A stretch of 64,000 nt of DNA, from positions 96,422-160,421 of the forward strand of contig JAJZTG010000001.1 of the NCBI GenBank assembly GCA_021849125.1, read 5' to 3'. Made by a program: the position numbers and the translations under genes. Shown here piece after piece: positions 60,010-64,000 of the stretch; within the stretch, counting starts at the first letter, position 1; each line of letters begins with the position of its first letter. The notes under the pieces were generated by a model. That model did not search any database, was not told the DNA's origin, and saw only the letters and a program-made list of their open reading frames with translations. This DNA comes from a bacterium. GTDB taxonomy: Bacteria > Patescibacteriota > Minisyncoccia > Phycocordibacterales > Phycocordibacteraceae.

Positions 60010-61749
60010 ATGAATCCTCTTGAAGCAAAACGCCACACGCTCGCTCACCTGCTCGCCCAGGCAGTGCTTGAACACTACCCGAACGCCAAGCTCACGCTCG
60101 GACCTGCGGTCGACAACGGCTTCTACTACGATGTCGACTTCGGCGCTGACAAGGTTTCCGATGCCGACCTTTCGAAGCTTGAGGCGACGATGAAAAAACA
60201 CTTGCCCGAATGGACGGCATTTGCACATAAAGAGGTCTCCGGAGATGAGGCGCGTAGCGCCTTTGGCGACAATCCGTACAAAAGTGAGCTTATCGATGAG
60301 ATTTCAGGACGCGGCGAGCCGATCACCCTGTACACTTGCGGCGGCTTCACCGACCTCTGCCGCGGCGGCCATGCCGAGCATCCGGCTCAAGAGATCGCAC
60401 CGGATTCGTTCACGCTCGACCGTGTCGCGGGTGCGTACTGGCGAGGCGACGAGAAGAACAAGATGCTCGCCCGCATCTACGGCCTCGCTTTCGACACTAA
60501 AGAGGAACTCGGTGCCTACATCACGCAGCGCGAAGAGGCGCGCAAACGCGATCATCGGAAGATCGGTAAGGAACTCGACCTCTTCACCTTCTCAGAGCTC
60601 GTCGGTTCCGGCCTCCCTCTTTGGACCCCTAAAGGGGCCCTCATGCGCCATGAGCTCGATGCGTACGTGTGGGAACTTCGCAGCAAGCACGGATACCAGC
60701 GCGTGACGATCCCTCATATCACGAAGCGCGACCTTTACGAGACTTCCGGCCACTGGCAAAAGTTCGCTGACGAGCTTTTCCGCATCGAGACACGCGAAGG
60801 CAAGGAGTACGCCCTCAAGCCTATGAACTGCCCGCATCACACGCAGATTTTCGCGCGCACGCCGCACTCGTACAAGGAGATGCCGCAACGCTACGCCGAA
60901 ACCACGATGGTCTACCGCGACGAGCAGTCCGGCGAGCTTGGCGGGCTCACCCGCGTGCTCTCTATCACGCAGGACGACAGCCATGTCTTCTGCCGCCATA
61001 ACCAGGTCCGCGATGAATTCTTCAGGATCTGGGACATCATCGATACCTTCTACGGCACGTTCGGCTTCAAACTCCGCGTCCGTCTTTCCTTCCATGATCC
61101 GAAGACGCCGGAGAAATATCTCGGCACGCCGGAGATCTGGCAGAATGCCGAAGATGCGCTTCGCGAGATTGCGAAGGAGCGCAACGCCGATCACTTCGAG
61201 GCGCCGGGCGAGGCGGCGATGTACGGTCCGAAACTCGACTTCATGGCGACCGACTCGCTCGGTCGCGAGCATCAGGTTGCGACCATCCAGCTCGACATGA
61301 ACCTGCCGGAACGCTTCGATCTCTCGTGCATAAACGAGGAAGGCCAGAAGGAGCGCATCGTCATGATCCACTGCGCGGTCATGGGTTCGATCGAACGCTT
61401 CTCTGCCGTGATGCTTGAGCACACCGGCGGCAATCTCCCCGTCTGGCTCGCGCCGGTCCAAGCACGCATCCTGCCGATCTCGGAGAAACACGTCGCGTAT
61501 GCGGGTCAAGTCCGCGAGATGCTCACCGCCGCAGGCGTGCGAGCGGATGTCGATATGACCGATGAATCCCTTGGTAAGAAGATCCGGAACGCGAAGGGCG
61601 AGAAGATCCCGTACCTGCTCGTCGTCGGAGACGCGGAAGCACAAGCTCAGACGGTCGCTGCTGAAAGCCGCGATCATGGCAAGCTTGAGGCGATGAGCGC
61701 GGTCGCCTTCACCGAGCACATCACCAAGGAGATACGCGAACGGGCATAA
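60010..61749 (+). CDS. thrS: threonyl-tRNA synthetase (lacks the N-terminal TGS domain)
   Basis: Begins in the N2 editing domain (HTLAHLL), then a class II catalytic core and a C-terminal anticodon-binding domain. 579 aa. Confidence 0.95.
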   Translation: MNPLEAKRHTLAHLLAQAVLEHYPNAKLTLGPAVDNGFYYDVDFGADKVSDADLSKLEATMKKHLPEWTAFAHKEVSGDEARSAFGDNPYKSELIDEISGRGEPITLYTCGGFTDLCRGGHAEHPAQEIAPDSFTLDRVAGAYWRGDEKNKMLARIYGLAFDTKEELGAYITQREEARKRDHRKIGKELDLFTFSELVGSGLPLWTPKGALMRHELDAYVWELRSKHGYQRVTIPHITKRDLYETSGHWQKFADELFRIETREGKEYALKPMNCPHHTQIFARTPHSYKEMPQRYAETTMVYRDEQSGELGGLTRVLSITQDDSHVFCRHNQVRDEFFRIWDIIDTFYGTFGFKLRVRLSFHDPKTPEKYLGTPEIWQNAEDALREIAKERNADHFEAPGEAAMYGPKLDFMATDSLGREHQVATIQLDMNLPERFDLSCINEEGQKERIVMIHCAVMGSIERFSAVMLEHTGGNLPVWLAPVQARILPISEKHVAYAGQVREMLTAAGVRADVDMTDESLGKKIRNAKGEKIPYLLVVGDAEAQAQTVAAESRDHGKLEAMSAVAFTEHITKEIRERA

Positions 61750-61802
61750 ACGAAAGAAAACGCCGCGGCCTTGAGGCCGCGGCGTTTTCTTTCGTCTGAA
61801 GC

Positions 61803-63335
61803 TTATGCGCCGATTACGCCAAGCGCGCGGGTAAGCGCGAGCTTCGCACCCGTAAGCGTATCCGTATAGCTCGCGTCGATCGCGGTCGCAAGCGAGGTCA
61901 CGAGTTTCTCCAAGGTCGGCGTATCAAAGCGGGCCGAAAGGCGCGAGAGCTTCTCATCGCACATCGAGCCCTCAATACGCGAGCGGTACGTGTCATCGAG
62001 GAGGCACGCCACCGACGACACGAGGTGTTCCGGCTTTCCGCCATTCTTCACATGATCGCGAAGTCCTGCGAAGACGGCCAGGCGATCCCCCGCGATAAGC
62101 GCCGCAGTGAGGTCATGCGTGTTCATGGGCGCGCTTTCGTTCTCTGCCGTAGCAGGTGCGGTGGTCGCTTCTTCGACAGTAGCGAGGAGGGGTCGTGCTG
62201 CCGGTTCGACTCCTTGTTCTTGCGGTACCACCGGTGCCGTAGCAGCTGCGGATACCGCCTGCTCGCGCGAGAGACCCTTGACGATGTCATCGATAGAAAG
62301 GACATCGCCATGCGCGAACGACTTGAAGCCGTCAAACGACGAATAGCTGCGCGGGATCATCTGGTCGATCTCATCATGTGACAAGGCCGGCTGCGGTGCC
62401 GGGATGTACACGGGCTCAGGTACAGGAACCTCAGCAAACGCGGGCTTCGGCAGGATGACTTCGGATCTTATCTCGACCTTCGGGTGCGTATTCAGGAGCG
62501 CCGCAACGCGTGCCCCGAAATCACGCACCGAGCGCTTGAAGAACGGCGTAGCACTGAAACGAAGGAGGTACGCGAGCGCGACCGACCAGCCGATAAGCAT
62601 GATCCAGTAGAGCGTCGTACCGACAGGACCCAAGTCAAGACCGGTGTACGGGATCTGCGAAAGGTAGAGGTAGGCAAGCGGCTGTACCGCGATATGCGGA
62701 AGCCGTGTAAGCGTGATAGATGTTCCGCTCGCGCCACCACCTCCGTATGTAGGAGGAGGACCGCCTGCGCCGCCGCCAGTCGGCGGAGGGCCGCCCGCAC
62801 CGCCCCCGGTCGGAGGTGGTGTCGTTGGGGTGGGCGTAGGGGTCGGAGTCGGGGTCGGGGTTGGTGTAGGAGTCGGCTCCGGCGTAGGCGTTGGGGTCGG
62901 AGTCGGGGTTGGGGTTGGGGTTGGGGTTGGTTCCGGAGTCGGTGTTGGGGTCGGAGTCGGGGTTGGGGTTGGTTCCGGAGTCGGTGTTGGGGTCGGAGTC
63001 GGGGTTGGCGACGTTACAACCGTCGGTGGCGGCAGAACTGCAACTACCGGCGGAGGTATTACCGGGATAGGAAGCGGTGCCAGAGGCGGCGGCAAGACCG
63101 GTGCAGGTGCCGGAGCTGGGGCGATTACTAGGGCTGGCGCCGGAGCAATTACAGGCGCAGGAGCCGGAACGATCGTGCAGCACGGAGCAAATGCTACCTG
63201 CGCGAATACCTGCGAGGGTGTTACGAGACCGGTTACGATTGCCAAAGAAACGCCGATCGCAGCCGTCGCGAGCATGGTCAAAAAGCCGACGAAGACAGGT
63301 CGACGTGCTGCAAGAGTATTCATGCTGCGAATCAT
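61803..63335 (-). CDS. Pro/Thr-repeat cell-surface protein
   Basis: Signal/TM N-terminus, Pro/Ala/Val-rich segment, a long (PT)n/(PTPE) linker, two [10 protein letters not shown] repeats, a second TM helix and a C-terminal domain. Confidence 0.6.
   Translation of the reverse strand: MIRSMNTLAARRPVFVGFLTMLATAAIGVSLAIVTGLVTPSQVFAQVAFAPCCTIVPAPAPVIAPAPALVIAPAPAPAPVLPPPLAPLPIPVIPPPVVAVLPPPTVVTSPTPTPTPTPTPEPTPTPTPTPTPTPEPTPTPTPTPTPTPTPTPEPTPTPTPTPTPTPTPTPTTPPPTGGGAGGPPPTGGGAGGPPPTYGGGGASGTSITLTRLPHIAVQPLAYLYLSQIPYTGLDLGPVGTTLYWIMLIGWSVALAYLLRFSATPFFKRSVRDFGARVAALLNTHPKVEIRSEVILPKPAFAEVPVPEPVYIPAPQPALSHDEIDQMIPRSYSSFDGFKSFAHGDVLSIDDIVKGLSREQAVSAAATAPVVPQEQGVEPAARPLLATVEEATTAPATAENESAPMNTHDLTAALIAGDRLAVFAGLRDHVKNGGKPEHLVSSVACLLDDTYRSRIEGSMCDEKLSRLSARFDTPTLEKLVTSLATAIDASYTDTLTGAKLALTRALGVIGA
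62805..63010. repeat. tandem DNA repeats encoding the PT-rich linker
   Basis: Reiterated ggggtcggagtcggggttggggttgg units. Confidence 0.8.
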
Positions 63336-63431
63336 ATAGTTTTAAGAAAAATGCACGATGCCGCAATGCGGCGTACAAAAAGGAGCGGAAATCGGCAGTC
63401 GTACAAATTTCGCACGACTGCCGGACCGCTC

Positions 63432-63995
63432 TCACTTGGAAGGAGGGTTCCACGTCTCGCGGAAGAACTCTTGCGGGATCGTGTATTCCTGCCGATACCC
63501 GGAACCCGACTTCGTTTCGAGCTTATCCCAAGAATCCGGTCGGATCAGGTACGTGGGTGGCGTTTTCTTGTCCGCCTTTACGCACACTGCGATACCGCCT
63601 TTCGTGGCCGCACGCGGGAAGACAACCGTCACCTTGGTGGCAAGGTACGCCCCCTGTGCATCACGATCGGCATGCAGCCGGTAAAAGGAAGACTCGAAGT
63701 ACGCGAACGGTTTCCCTTCTGGAAAATGTACGTTCATGTACTCGAGAATGTCCTTGTGCCAGGGGTGCCGGCAGCCTGGGCCGCAATAACCGGACCAAGG
63801 CGTCTGCCGCTCCCGCTCGATCACTCCTCGACAGTCGAAACTGTTGATCGGTTTTCCACGGGCCATCACGTATCGTACGGTACGATCCTTGCCTGGCGGC
63901 ACCGTGAGGTGCACAGCTACGCAATCCGTTGACACATTCGAAGCGGTCGGTTGCGGCGACACCGCTGGCACCGGAGCTGCTTTTGCTATCGGCAC
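63432..63995 (-). CDS. hypothetical Cys-containing protein, possibly 5'-truncated at the window edge
   Basis: 187-aa ORF whose first Met lies 5 nt from the window end. No motifs I can recognise. Confidence 0.45.
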   Translation of the reverse strand: MPIAKAAPVPAVSPQPTASNVSTDCVAVHLTVPPGKDRTVRYVMARGKPINSFDCRGVIERERQTPWSGYCGPGCRHPWHKDILEYMNVHFPEGKPFAYFESSFYRLHADRDAQGAYLATKVTVVFPRAATKGGIAVCVKADKKTPPTYLIRPDSWDKLETKSGSGYRQEYTIPQEFFRETWNPPSK

Positions 63996-64000
63996 TGCTG

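Overview
High-GC bacterial chromosome segment. The left ~11.7 kb (bases 1-11733) is a visibly lower-GC accessory island. It contains a 5'-truncated gamma-class N6-adenine DNA methyltransferase followed by a 245-aa putative type II restriction endonuclease with a TAATG overlap. These are followed by a divergently arranged AT-rich two-gene operon of unknown function, a 1040-aa KAP-family P-loop NTPase with four N-terminal transmembrane helices, and a small phage-satellite-like module. The satellite-like module holds a terminase-small-subunit-like gene, a zinc-ribbon membrane protein, hypothetical proteins, a frameshifted wHTH gene and a large serine recombinase. The serine recombinase stop codon overlaps the 3' end of a minus-strand tRNA. 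That tRNA is probably tRNA-Asn(GUU). It is split by a ~600-nt group I intron in the anticodon loop, recognisable by its R, S and P9 elements, and the intron encodes an HNH homing endonuclease. The rest of the window is core genome. It includes a SET-domain protein, a cupin, uppP, a P-type ATPase, an SF1B helicase, a MacAB-like efflux system whose ATPase carries an N-terminal YHS/TRASH domain, an FAD-linked oxidase, an RRM protein, prmC and hisS. It also includes a DEDD-family exonuclease, a DsbA-like protein, a UvrD-helicase/RecB-nuclease fusion, an NhaP antiporter, the dnaG-rpoD operon, rpoC-rpoB, trmD, a KH-domain protein, rpsP, rnr, a short SMC, rnc, a NusB-Nudix fusion, rpmF, rnhB, dnaE and thrS. 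The thrS gene is preceded by a T-box leader. A proline/threonine-repeat surface protein closes the list. The observations most worth following up are the intron-containing tRNA with the integrase abutting it, the R-M / unknown-pair / KAP defence island, an in-frame synonymously recoded duplicate of the rnr C-terminus flanking a perfect palindrome, and several switch-like RNA structures. No CRISPR array or rRNA was seen. Long ORFs in alternate frames of rpoB, rpoC, nhaP and similar genes are treated as high-GC artefacts.
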